A stretch of DNA of 62,259 nt, counting the filler. It is 6 parts of 6 records of this genome, joined end to end, with 100 filler letters (N's around TTAATTAATTAA, not from the genome) between each part and the next. Parts side by side here need not be neighbours in the genome. Positions count along the whole stretch, not along the records: positions 12,543 to 24,166 come from SRR31156797_9102; positions 24,267 to 32,685 come from SRR31156797_9105; 4 more parts are not named here. One strand, written 5' to 3'. The position numbers and the translations under genes are program-made. Below, one piece after another: positions 19,701 to 30,476 of this stretch. The notes below the pieces were generated by a model. It had not been told where the DNA came from and did no database searches. It worked only from the letters and a program-made list of their open reading frames with translations. How positions within the stretch are numbered: position 1 is the first letter of the stretch; every line of letters starts with the position of its first letter.

Positions 19701-22700
19701 TTTGATGCGATGCTTACACCATCGTTAAACAACTGCCCAACACTAGCGCCTGACGAAACATGTGTTTTAACGGGAATCTATACGATAACCCAGGATGATA
19801 AAGATGCCGGATTTATTATCAATACCGGTATCGGAGATTCCGATGAAACTGATCCGGAACCGGATGAACTGGATACGCCATTGGATCAGAACCCAGAAAT
19901 TGAAACCGTAAAAACACTGGATACAGATGTGGCCGGTGGAATAGCAGTTGGCGACGAACTTACCTACACTGTAGAGGTGACAAACATTGGCGATATTACA
20001 TTACATAATGTTTCGGTAACAGATGTAAAACTTACGCCAAATAACGTAACGTGTCCGGAGCTTGCAGTGGGTGAATCCTGCACACTCACCGGAATATATA
20101 CCGTTACCCAGGCAGATAAGGATGCCGGGGTTATCCTGAATACAGGTATTGGTGATTCTGATGAGACCGGCCCGGATTCTGATCAACTCAACACACCCGT
20201 CATTCAAAATCCGGACCTGGCTACCTATAAACAATTGGAAACAGATATTTCAGGTGGTGTTCATGCCGGTGACATACTCACTTACAATGTAGTAGTAACA
20301 AACACAGGAGATATCACACTTACCAGCGTAACTGTTTCAGACCTGATGATTTCTCCAAGTTTTAACGGCTGCCCGGCTCTGCTGCCAGGAGAAACCTGTG
20401 TTTTAACCGGGACATATGTTGTAACACAAGCTGATATTCAGGCCGGACAAATTGTGAACACCGGTACCGGTGACTCCAATGAAACACCACCGGATGATGA
20501 TGAAATTACAACTCCTCTGCCACAGGATACTGACTTTGACATTACCAAGCAGCTGCTTACCGATGTATCAGGAGGAATAGAAGTAAATGATATTTTAACC
20601 TACCAGGTTGTGGTTACCAATACCGGAAACATGATCCTCAACAATGTTGTGGTGAGCGACCCGATGTTAACGCCATCTTCAACAAGCTGTGCAACCCTCG
20701 TGCCGGGAGCTACATGCGTGCTGACCGGCTCTTACCAGGTGGTTCAGGATGATATTGATGCCGGAGAAATTGTAAACGTTGCTACCGGCGATGCAGATGA
20801 AACAGGGCCAAAAACTGATCAGCTAACTACTCCAATTGATAATATCAATCCGGATATTGCCATTGTAAAAACAATGATTACGGACATTTCAGGAGGTGTT
20901 AATATTGGCGACGAATTGGAGTATGAAGTTGTGGTAACCAATACCGGAAATATAACACTGAATAATGTATTCGTGACTGACCCGATGCTAACGCCAACGC
21001 AGGCTTATTGCGCGACAGTTGCCCCGGGAGCCACATGCATACTCAGCGGTTTCTACACCTTAACCCTGGATGATTTAAATGCCGGATTTGTTGATAATAC
21101 GGCAACCGGAAATTCAGACCAGGCGGGTCCGGTAGAGGACCAACTCTCCACACCGCTTGAGCAGGTACCGGATATCACAACCGTGAAAACGATGGTCACG
21201 GATATTTCCGGTGGATTGCAGGCTGGTGATGAATTGACTTATCAGGTTGAGGTTACAAACACAGGAAATATTACCGTTCATAATGTTACCGTTACCGATC
21301 TCATGCTCAATCCGGGCTTTACCAGTTGCGCGGTGCTTGATCCGGGCGAAACCTGTACCCTCACCGGAAACTACACGGTTACACTTCCTGACCTGGATGC
21401 CGGATCGATTACAAACACAGGTACCGGCGACTCCGATGAAACCGATCCTGAAGATGATGAAATCACAACACCATTGCCGCAGGATCCGGAGCTTGATATT
21501 GTAAAAACATTGCTTACGGATGTTACCGGAGGGGTTGAGGTTGGTGATGAAATAACCTATCAGGTTGATGTGACCAATATTGGAAATATTACATTAAATA
21601 ATGTGGTTGTTAACGACCCCATGCTAACCCCGACAACAAATAGTTGCCCGTCGCTGGAACCAGGTGAAACCTGTACTTTAACAGGAATCTACACCATACA
21701 GCAGGCTGATCTGGATGCCGGTGAAATTGTAAATACTGCTACCGGTGACTCTGATGAAACCGAAGAGGTTACTGATCAATTGACAACTCCGTTGCCTGTT
21801 GGTCCGGAAATTGAAACCGTGAAAACATTGCTTACAGATGTTTCGGGTGGTATTGTTGTTGGCAATCAGTTGATTTATCAGGTACAGGTGTCCAACGTCG
21901 GTAATGTAACCCTGACCAATGTTACCATCAGCGATCCCATGCTTACCCCTGATTTTGCCAGTTGTGCAAGTGTACCTCCAGGTGAAGTTTGTACACTCAC
22001 CGGATCATACATTGTAACTCAGGCTGATAAGGATGCCGGTGTGATTATCAATACCGGAACAGGTGACTCCGATCAAACTGATCCCGAATCTGACCAGCTT
22101 GTAACTCCGATTGATCAAAATCCGGAGACCACTACCGTGAAAACACTCCTAACAGATGTTTCCGGTGGAATTGCTGTTGGGGATATTTTGAACTACCAGG
22201 TTGAGGTAATCAACAGTGGTGACATCACACTCCACAACGTAAACGTTACCGACATCAAACTGGACCCAAATAATGAAGTGTGCTTAGAATTAGCACCGGG
22301 CGAATCATGCATACTTACCGGTACTTACGAAGTGTCACAGGATGATAAGGATGCCGGATTTATTCTCAATACCGGTATTGGCGACTCTGATGAAACTGAC
22401 CCGGATCCGGATGAGGTGAATACACCAATTGATCAGGATCCGCAAATGGAAATAGTGAAAACCCTGCTTACCGATATTTCGGGCGGCGTATTCGCCGGTG
22501 ATGTGCTCACCTATCAAATTGATGTTACCAATACAGGAGATATCACACTAACTGACGTTCTGGTCAGTGACCCGATGATATCACCAAATCAGTCAGCTTG
22601 CCCGGAGCTACTTATTGGAGAAACCTGCACATTAACCGGAAATTATACCATCGCCCAGGCCGACATTCAGGCCGGCTCGGTTTCCAATACAGCAACCGGT

Positions 22701-24166
22701 GATTCTGATGAAACAGAACCTGTTTCTGATGATCTTACAACACCGCTCAACCAGGATTACCTGATCGATATTGAAAAGCAGTTACTGACAGATGTTTCCG
22801 GCGGATTAGCGGTTGGAAATGTTTTGACCTATGAAGTCGTGGTAACCAACACCGGAAATATGATCCTGAACAATGTTGTTGTTGAAGACCCAATGCTAAC
22901 ACCTGCTCTAAATAATTGTGCCACACTTGTTCCGGGTGCAACGTGCACATTGGTTGGTATATATCAGGTAACACAGGCAGATATGGATGCCGGTGAAATT
23001 GTAAATTCGGCAACCGGTGATTCGGATGAAACCGATGAGGTTACTGATCAGGTTACCACACCGATCAACAATCAGGATCCTGATTTCACCATTGTGAAAA
23101 CATTGATCACAGATATTTCGGGGGGTGTATTTGCCGGTGATGAACTGACCTATGAGGTTGTATTGACAAATACCGGAAACATCACGTTGACCAATGTTTT
23201 GGTTGAAGATGATAAGATAACACCTGCTGCAGCCGGCTGCCCTTCAGTGGCACCGGGCGAAACCTGTACTTTATCAGGTATTTATGCCCTTACCCAGGAT
23301 GACATTGAAGCCGGCTTTGTACTGAATACCGGTACAGGTAACTCCGATCAGGTTGGCCCTGATTCTGATGAACTCAACACACCTCTGCAACAGGATTCGG
23401 AAATCACAACCACCAAAACGCTGATTACAGACATTTCTGCAGGTGTTTTTGTGGATGACGAACTGACTTATACAGTTGAGGTTGAAAACACCGGTAACAT
23501 GATCCTGACTAATGTTACTGTTTCAGATAATAAAATCACACCAGATTTCACCACTTGTGCTGTGTTGAATCCGGGCGAAATATGCACCTTAACGGGAACG
23601 TATACCATTACCCAGGATGATCTGGATGCAGGAGTTCTCGAAAACACAGGAACCGGTGACTCCGATCAGACTGACCCTGTTTCTGACGACCTTACCACAC
23701 CCATATTCAGCGGCCCGGAAATCATCGCTGTTGATGACCAGGGTGATCCGGTGAACAGCTATGATGGCGGTGTTTCATATGCCAATGTGTTGGTAAATGA
23801 CCTGCTTGGCGCCGATCCAGTTGATCCTGCTGAGATAACCCTTGTGCAGATCAGCACATCCAATCCGGGCGTAACCCTGGATGAAGCGACAGGTGAGGTT
23901 ACGGTTGCCCCGGGAACTCCGGCCGGCGATTACGAACTTGTTTATGAGATTTGTGAAATTGCCAACCCAACCAATTGCGATCAGGCAACGGTAACCATTC
24001 CTGTTTTTGCTCCGGAGATCATTGCCAATGATGATACCGGTGGGCCGGTAAATGGATTTGAAGGTGGCGTTGCAGTTCCGGATGTTTTGGTGAACGATCT
24101 GCTTAACGGTGATCCCGTTGATCCGGCAGATATCACTCTGACAGAAATCAGCAGTGAAGATCCGGG
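16776..24166 (+). CDS. 3'-truncated giant repetitive adhesin-like protein (>2460 aa)
   Basis: Sec signal AEA-Q; N-domain shared with the previous ORF; 20 DUF11/DUF7507-like repeats; then Ig-like A.DD..NVLVND..YEICE..NC repeats; runs off the contig. Confidence 0.92.
17335..23710 (+). repeat. 20 tandem ~318-bp (106-aa) Ig-like domain repeats, each with a Cys pair
   Basis: Unit P.I..KTL.TDISGGV..GD.LTY.V.VTNTGN.TL.NV.V.D..L.P....C..L.PG..C.LTG.Y..TQ.D.DAG.I.NT..GDSDET; units counted by eye. Confidence 0.93.
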
Positions 24167-24266
24167 NNNNNNNNNNNNNNNNNNNNNNNNNNNNNNNNNN
24201 NNNNNNNNNNTTAATTAATTAANNNNNNNNNNNNNNNNNNNNNNNNNNNNNNNNNNNNNNNNNNNN
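24167..24266. other. Artificial contig spacer
   Basis: Same N44-TTAATTAATTAA-N44 structure. Confidence 0.99.
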
Positions 24267-24372
24267 AAAATTAGAACCTTTGCATCGATTTTTGCGCTAC
24301 TTTTTTTAAAAAAGTGGCAAGTAGATCAAGTAATAGTTCATCGTACAAAAAGCTATTTAAGATCATAAAAAC

Positions 24373-24729
24373 TTAAATACTTTTTTCTTTAGATAATTCA
24401 CTAATAATATTTTCTATTTGTTCTTTTATATCAGGAAGTTTCTCAACTGCAACTTTCCAAACAATCTCTTCATCTATTTCAAAATACCAATGGATAAGTT
24501 TATCTCTCATTTTTGCCATTAAAGACCAAGGAAGTTCTGGAAATTTATCTGTGATATCTTTAGGAACTTGTTTTACAGCTTCACCTATCACTTCTATCTC
24601 TCTAATACAAGCACTTACTGTTTTATCATCTTTTTTAAACTCTTCAAAACTCATACCATCTATATATGAATTTATTTTTTCAATTCTTTCAACTATATCT
24701 TCAAGAAAAAGAATATAATCTCTTTTCAT
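24373..24729 (-). CDS. hepT: HEPN (DUF86) RNase toxin
   Basis: RX4HXY motif RDKLIHWY, EVIGEA; overlaps the MNT gene by 4 nt. Confidence 0.9.
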   Translation of the reverse strand: MKRDYILFLEDIVERIEKINSYIDGMSFEEFKKDDKTVSACIREIEVIGEAVKQVPKDITDKFPELPWSLMAKMRDKLIHWYFEIDEEIVWKVAVEKLPDIKEQIENIISELSKEKSI

Positions 24730-25019
24730 AAAACTATTGCTTCACTTAAGATTTGAGATTTTAATTGTGGTTTTAATTTTCTTTTTAGAACTAGATCAAC
24801 TTTATGATGAAGTTTTTGAGATAAGAGCTCTTCAAGCTCTATAAAAGTAAGTAGATCAGGAGTAGTTTTAAAATCGACTAATATATCTATATCACTATTT
24901 TTATGAAACTCATTTTTAGCATAAGAACCAAAGAGATATAAATCTGAAATATGATATTTAGAGATTAATAAATCTTTAATAGTTGATATATCATGTTTAA
25001 TAGTTTCTAAAGATGACAT
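24726..25019 (-). CDS. mntA: Minimal nucleotidyltransferase antitoxin
   Basis: GSX10DXD motif LFGSYAKNEFHKNSDID, KVDLV. Confidence 0.9.
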   Translation of the reverse strand: MSSLETIKHDISTIKDLLISKYHISDLYLFGSYAKNEFHKNSDIDILVDFKTTPDLLTFIELEELLSQKLHHKVDLVLKRKLKPQLKSQILSEAIVL

Positions 25020-25061
25020 CATTACTCCCTCTTACATAATCTATATTATATCATAACTCTT

Positions 25062-26636
25062 TTATTTTAATTTCAATACCTCTTCTTTTAAAGCCCTCTT
25101 ATCTATTTTAGACTTATCCTTAACATCCATAGGCATATTCGCTTTAAAAATAATAGTACTTGGAATCATATAAGATGGAAGATGTTTTTTCAATTCAAAC
25201 ACTATCTCATTTTTAGCCAATTCACTTGCTCCACTATATACAAGTACTACTTCCTCTTCAATCTTTTCATTTTCTATCCCAAATACTGCACACTCTTTGA
25301 TTTGTAGAATATTATTATATACAACACTCTCAATCTCTACTGGGTTAAATCTATATCCAGCTGTATTGATCATATCATCATGTCGTCCTACAAAGAAAAG
25401 GTACCCCTCTTCATCTTTATAGACATAATCTCCCGTAGCTACTACGATCTCATCTGTTAGACCTTGTTGGAGATCGATCACTTTTCCGAGTATTTGAATA
25501 CTTTTAAATTTTGCGTCAGTATCTTCACGAGAATTCCAAAAACCTTTATAGATACCTGCTCCTCTATGGATCAGTTGCCCTACTTCTCTTGGTTTACACT
25601 CATACCCCTCATTATTGATCACATACAGTTCCACATCAGGGATTGCTTTTCCTATAGAGTTTGGTCTTATTTTTAATTGACTTGGATCAAGGTATGCTGA
25701 TCTAAAGGCTTCTGTATGACCACTCATAGAGTAAAAAGCTGCATTTGAAAAATAGTTTTGAAGTTTTTCTAGCATACTTGTGGTTACATTTGCACCTGAT
25801 GAAGTGATGATTCTTACATTGCTTAATTGTTCCCCACTTGGTAACCTATGAGTATCTTCATCAAACATAAGAGTAAAATGTATCGGCATAGCTGCTAATA
25901 CTGTTACTTTATCTTTTAAGATATGTGCAAAAAATTCACTTGGAGTAAAAAAGGTATGAATAGCAAAAGTTGCTCTTGCATAAAAAGAAGTAAATATCTG
26001 ATTTAATCCATAATCAAAACTAAATGATAATAGCCCAGAGAGTACATCATCCTCTTTTATATGAAGATAGTTATTTACTACTCTTGCTCCATCAATTAGG
26101 TTTTTATGAGAGATCACTACCCCTTTTGGAAATCCACTTGAAGCAAAACTATATGTGATGATCGCTACATCATGCCCTTTTATATCACAGGTATACTCAC
26201 TTGTATAACACTTATAGATCTCTTCAAATGATACAATATCTTTATCACAACTCTCAACTGTGATCACTTTTTTATCAAATGATGTCTCTTTTAAAGTTTT
26301 GAGTTTCTTTTCATCTGTGATCATACAAGTTATATCACAATCTTTGATGATATATTCAAGTTGTTCAGCTTTTAGAAGCTTTGTAATAGGAACTAAAATA
26401 TAATCTGTTGAAAGTACTGCAAGGATTGCAATTACTTTTTGAGCATTTTTATTTGAGTATATCCCTATTCTACTTCCTTTTGGAAGATTTAAAGTTGTGA
26501 TGTAGTGAGCTAGTTTATTTACTTGCTCATGAACCTCAGCATATGTTAGTTTATCAAGTTTATCAATTACTGCTATTTTATCAGGTGTTTTTTCATTTGC
26601 TATTTCTACAAGATTTCTAATACTATTTACACTCAT
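25062..26636 (-). CDS. Adenylate-forming (ANL superfamily) ligase with divergent core motifs
   Basis: YSFASSGFPKG (A3), FSFDYGLNQ (A4), SGHTEAFRS (A5), ATGD (A7), GRHDDMI..GYR (A8), KIDK (A10). Confidence 0.85.
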   Translation of the reverse strand: MSVNSIRNLVEIANEKTPDKIAVIDKLDKLTYAEVHEQVNKLAHYITTLNLPKGSRIGIYSNKNAQKVIAILAVLSTDYILVPITKLLKAEQLEYIIKDCDITCMITDEKKLKTLKETSFDKKVITVESCDKDIVSFEEIYKCYTSEYTCDIKGHDVAIITYSFASSGFPKGVVISHKNLIDGARVVNNYLHIKEDDVLSGLLSFSFDYGLNQIFTSFYARATFAIHTFFTPSEFFAHILKDKVTVLAAMPIHFTLMFDEDTHRLPSGEQLSNVRIITSSGANVTTSMLEKLQNYFSNAAFYSMSGHTEAFRSAYLDPSQLKIRPNSIGKAIPDVELYVINNEGYECKPREVGQLIHRGAGIYKGFWNSREDTDAKFKSIQILGKVIDLQQGLTDEIVVATGDYVYKDEEGYLFFVGRHDDMINTAGYRFNPVEIESVVYNNILQIKECAVFGIENEKIEEEVVLVYSGASELAKNEIVFELKKHLPSYMIPSTIIFKANMPMDVKDKSKIDKRALKEEVLKLK

Positions 26637-26639
26637 AAT

Positions 26640-27815
26640 TTACCCCTTCATCCCTAAAGTCCAGATGGCATAATCTGTATCTACTACAACAGTTGGCACT
26701 GTGTGATATCCTAAAAGTTTTTTATAAAAAAACGAGATAATATCATCCATCTGTTCTTTTTTTAGTACCTTTGTAATCCCACCAGTTAATACTATAGAAT
26801 TAAGTGTATCAAGTTTGATATTAAGGTATGATTTATGGTGATGAGAAACTTTATATAGTACAAGGAAAATTGCTAATTGCATCAATATCTCTGTAGCTTT
26901 TTCACTCACCTCATCTAAAGTATTTTCTGTGGTATTAAGATATGCTAAAAGCTCATATACATATTCATTTGCTTTTGCAGTATGGATTAGTGACTCACGT
27001 GATTTATACACCCCAAGCTTTTTAAATACCAATCTATCATATTCATTCTCAGTCAAGATATTATCATCTGCTAACTCTTTTGAATAGTGGATATCTGTAG
27101 TTGCCCCACCGATATCTATGACGATAAAAGGATCTAGTACATCAAGCTTTGTATTAATAAATGGCAATGACTGATTGACGATATAAGGAGTTGAATATAT
27201 CTGATTTGAAGTAAGTTCATAGAGATGTTTGATATCCTCTTTCCCCATGATATCCGCTTGGTAAAGATTGGTCAAATACTCTTTAAGATCATCTTCTACC
27301 ATTTTTAGTTTATTATCTATGATATTTGGAAGCACGACTAGGTTTGATAGATTCTCTTTTAAAAATGTATGTTGTGTTTCACTTCCAACATATACAATAT
27401 TTGAATAGTTTAATTGTTCAAGATAATTAATTAACTTCTCATCAAAAATATTCTCTACACTATCAATCCCACCTACAAGTATCACCACATCAAGTAATTC
27501 ACTAGGCACTGGATAGCTCTCTATCTGAGAATAGATAATAGTCTCAATAATATTGATCCCTGAATTATAAGCAATATTTGAAGCATACTTTAATGAAAAT
27601 GACTCAGTTAGTCCAATGATAAGAGTACTAAGTCCACCATTTGCAGATGAACAAATCTGAATCTCCTCTTTTGAATGTTTCTCAATAATATCACCACATT
27701 TAAACTTTAGATCATCAAAGATATCTTTATCAAAGTTTCTAAAATGATGAGAGATACTCCCTTCATCACTTACTTTAAAATAGGTACTTCCTACATCTAT
27801 TAACAACTTATTCAA
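26640..27815 (-). CDS. glmL: Glutamate mutase reactivating factor (MutL/GlmL, actin-like ATPase)
   Basis: IDVGSTYFK, CSSANGGL, IDIGGATTDIH, TGG; in an operon with mutase S/E. Confidence 0.85.
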   Translation of the reverse strand: MNKLLIDVGSTYFKVSDEGSISHHFRNFDKDIFDDLKFKCGDIIEKHSKEEIQICSSANGGLSTLIIGLTESFSLKYASNIAYNSGINIIETIIYSQIESYPVPSELLDVVILVGGIDSVENIFDEKLINYLEQLNYSNIVYVGSETQHTFLKENLSNLVVLPNIIDNKLKMVEDDLKEYLTNLYQADIMGKEDIKHLYELTSNQIYSTPYIVNQSLPFINTKLDVLDPFIVIDIGGATTDIHYSKELADDNILTENEYDRLVFKKLGVYKSRESLIHTAKANEYVYELLAYLNTTENTLDEVSEKATEILMQLAIFLVLYKVSHHHKSYLNIKLDTLNSIVLTGGITKVLKKEQMDDIISFFYKKLLGYHTVPTVVVDTDYAIWTLGMKG

Positions 27816-27816
27816 C

Positions 27817-28044
27817 TTACTCTCCCTCTTTTGTTAGCTCATCTAACTTATTTTTTAATTCACCTTTAGCAAATGGATCATCCATTGTAATAGTTCCATC
27901 TGGAAGTTGATAATAGATCACGCCATTTTTACTATATACATTTGGTACACCATTTTCCAAGCTTTTCTTTTGAGCTTCTCTTACAGCATTATTTCCTATT
28001 GCTTGTATCATTTCATCTTCATTTAAAATATTATTTACTTGCAT
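27817..28044 (-). CDS. Small protein paired with the zeta-like ATPase (possible antitoxin/partner)
   Basis: GN.AVREAQ....NGVPNVYS.NG.IYY..PDG; overlaps the ATPase end; start at 28044 or 28059. Confidence 0.7.
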   Translation of the reverse strand: MQVNNILNEDEMIQAIGNNAVREAQKKSLENGVPNVYSKNGVIYYQLPDGTITMDDPFAKGELKNKLDELTKEGE

Positions 28045-28592
28045 TCTATATCCTTGCAAAATATACTAAATTTTTCTTCATCAAGTATCTTGTCTTTACT
28101 TGCTATTTTTTCAAATACCTCATCTGAATTATAATAGATACTCCAACTATCTACTAACTCTTTATAACTATTCCAAAACATATTTTTACTTCTATAATAT
28201 CTACGTATTATATCATCTTGAGGGATATGATGTCCACCGTTTAAAACTCTATTTTTTACCCTGTTGATATTTATATCAGGAGTTTCTAAAAAAAGATATA
28301 TCAATGAAATAGTAAAATCTAACTCTTTTGCTTTTTTAATATACTCTATCAAATATTTTCCAGATAAAGTTGTCTCTATTACAAAAGATCTATCTAAGTT
28401 TAAATTCTTTTTCAATTCACTAAAAAATATCTTTCCAGCTTTTATTTTATACTTTGTAATATTTTTATTGTCAAGCTCTTTTGCTATCTCATCGGCATTT
28501 ATAAAATGTAATTCTTTTGATCTAGAAAACTTTTTTGCAAAAGTAGTTTTTCCACTACCATTTGCTCCTGCAATAATATAAAGAGTTTTCAT
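28035..28592 (-). CDS. Zeta-toxin-like P-loop kinase/ATPase
   Basis: IAGANGSGKTT, INADEIA, ETTLSG, RVKNRVLNGGH.IP...IRRY. Confidence 0.87.
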   Translation of the reverse strand: MKTLYIIAGANGSGKTTFAKKFSRSKELHFINADEIAKELDNKNITKYKIKAGKIFFSELKKNLNLDRSFVIETTLSGKYLIEYIKKAKELDFTISLIYLFLETPDININRVKNRVLNGGHHIPQDDIIRRYYRSKNMFWNSYKELVDSWSIYYNSDEVFEKIASKDKILDEEKFSIFCKDIECK

Positions 28593-29963
28593 CTAATACA
28601 ACATCACCCCAATATCATGGATAATCTGATTTACTACCGAATCCGGATTTTCCCCAAGGTCAATTTTTGATTGCTCATATTTAAAACTTTTCTCACTCAG
28701 TGGAAGTTTCCCTTTATTATAGATTCGGATATTACTCCCCTTATCTCTTACCGTGATTAGTTCATTATTATTGATAATATGTGGAGAAAATGGAACATCT
28801 ATGATTCCATTTTTAATTGAGTTAAATATCTTTCTCCATAAAGTATCTGCAGGATCATTAAATACTGCTTCAAATATCTCATCTACTTCACGCTCTAAAT
28901 TCTCTTCCTCTTCTTCATCAGTAAAATCTGGAATTCCTCTTAATACATTTAGTGTATATTGTACATTTGATACCGCTTGTGCATTATCTTCTTTTGTTGG
29001 GATACCAAAAGCTTCTGCTCTTGTTTTTGTGATGATCTTATCAGCTTGTACCATCCCTGCAATCATAGCTCCCATATCGATAAGTGAATCTGATTTAAAC
29101 TTATCTCTTGGAAATGCACCCATCCATTGGTGATAGACTAGATTTATAGTAGCATCTGTTACACCAATTTTCTCAGCATATTTATTTGCACATTTTCGTA
29201 AGACTTTAGAAGTGACTAAGTCTTGGTTTAAACTTCCTGTTTGAGCAAAAGATACTGAGAATGATTTTACACCTTCTTCTAAAGAGAGCATCATCTCTGC
29301 TATTTGGATCACTATTGTGATACAAGGAGGGACTAGTGTAGCTGTTAGAGGACCAAAAGATTCTCTATTGATCGGCTCATTTAACGTAGAATACTCGGCA
29401 CACACTCTTTCTACATGTTTCCAATAAAGAAATGCTTTATCTTGTGGAAAGTTTTTAGAGTATGGCAAGATATAAGTGATAGGCCCACCCTCTATTTCAA
29501 ATACTCCACTTGCTATCGCCATCTCCACAAGAAGTCTTGCATCAGGAGTTCCATGTCTTAAGCTTACTGGAGTGTCAAAATGAGTTACCATTTTTCGTGA
29601 GATTCTATATCCATGGTTGATAAGTGGATATCCATTAAGTAAGTCTGTTTCACTCTCTTCAGAAAGTCTTAGCATCTTTGCAGCACTTCCATAGTCATTG
29701 AGCCTTGTATGAGAATCAATAGTCATAGGAAGTACATCTACTACAGGTGCAAATTGTTCATAAAGAGAATACATCTTTTCGTAAGTTGGAAATCCACCAC
29801 GTGGTTGCACTAATGTTTTACCTTTATTGGTTTTAAACTTATGAGAGATAAAAAGGTTTTTACTTGCCCCTTTTACAAACTCTTGTACTTCTGCAAAATC
29901 AAAGTTATCAACAAACTCATTTGATACAATAATCTCTCTATCTCGTTGAAGTAAACTACTCAT
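28593..29963 (-). CDS. glmE: Glutamate mutase (methylaspartate mutase) large subunit E
   Basis: QPRGG, TIDSHTRLN, LNGYPLINHG, RHGTPDAR, EGG, NRESFGPLT. Confidence 0.92.
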   Translation of the reverse strand: MSSLLQRDREIIVSNEFVDNFDFAEVQEFVKGASKNLFISHKFKTNKGKTLVQPRGGFPTYEKMYSLYEQFAPVVDVLPMTIDSHTRLNDYGSAAKMLRLSEESETDLLNGYPLINHGYRISRKMVTHFDTPVSLRHGTPDARLLVEMAIASGVFEIEGGPITYILPYSKNFPQDKAFLYWKHVERVCAEYSTLNEPINRESFGPLTATLVPPCITIVIQIAEMMLSLEEGVKSFSVSFAQTGSLNQDLVTSKVLRKCANKYAEKIGVTDATINLVYHQWMGAFPRDKFKSDSLIDMGAMIAGMVQADKIITKTRAEAFGIPTKEDNAQAVSNVQYTLNVLRGIPDFTDEEEEENLEREVDEIFEAVFNDPADTLWRKIFNSIKNGIIDVPFSPHIINNNELITVRDKGSNIRIYNKGKLPLSEKSFKYEQSKIDLGENPDSVVNQIIHDIGVMLY

Positions 29964-30366
29964 TGCTCACTCCTTGTACATACTCATCTAAAGTATCAAG
30001 TCCTTGCATAAGATCGATCTGGTGAAACACTAGATCAAAGCCATACTCTTTGAATTTTGGTACGATCAGGCTTTCATCACCCTCACCAACACTTAAGTTT
30101 CCACCTATTACAAATACTACATTATCAAGTTTATATTTATCTTTTAAGATCATAAGATCACGGCACCAACCCTCAGCTTCACCATTAAGTGAAGAGATAA
30201 GTAATACTTTTGAATCAGTCTCAATAACTGCATCAATAAACTCTTCAAGATATGTATTTACTCCAAGATTAAATACTTCATATCCTCTACTTTGTAATGA
30301 AATATCGATCAATCTATTTGCAACTACATGGATATCATTTCCAACTACACCTGTTACAACTTTCAC
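29956..30366 (-). CDS. glmS: Glutamate mutase cobalamin-binding subunit S
   Basis: GNDIHVVA (DxH cobalamin motif), NLGV, SSLNG, IGGNL; GTG start; overlaps subunit E. Confidence 0.92.
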   Translation of the reverse strand: MKVVTGVVGNDIHVVANRLIDISLQSRGYEVFNLGVNTYLEEFIDAVIETDSKVLLISSLNGEAEGWCRDLMILKDKYKLDNVVFVIGGNLSVGEGDESLIVPKFKEYGFDLVFHQIDLMQGLDTLDEYVQGVSNE

Positions 30367-30476
30367 AAAACACCCTTTGACTATAATTTTTTGGGGAATA
30401 AAATTTTGGAATTATATCTAAATATTAGTTAAAATAAATATTGGTTATAATTATAAAAAAATTTAAGGAATCTTAT

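Noticed and set aside
17335-23710. Regular repeats as a CRISPR array or DGR
   Set aside because: 318-bp in-frame protein domain repeats; no spacers, cas genes or reverse transcriptase
26640-30366. MutL/MutS as DNA mismatch repair genes, or GlmS as glucosamine synthase
   Set aside because: Name collision only; the motifs are those of glutamate mutase components
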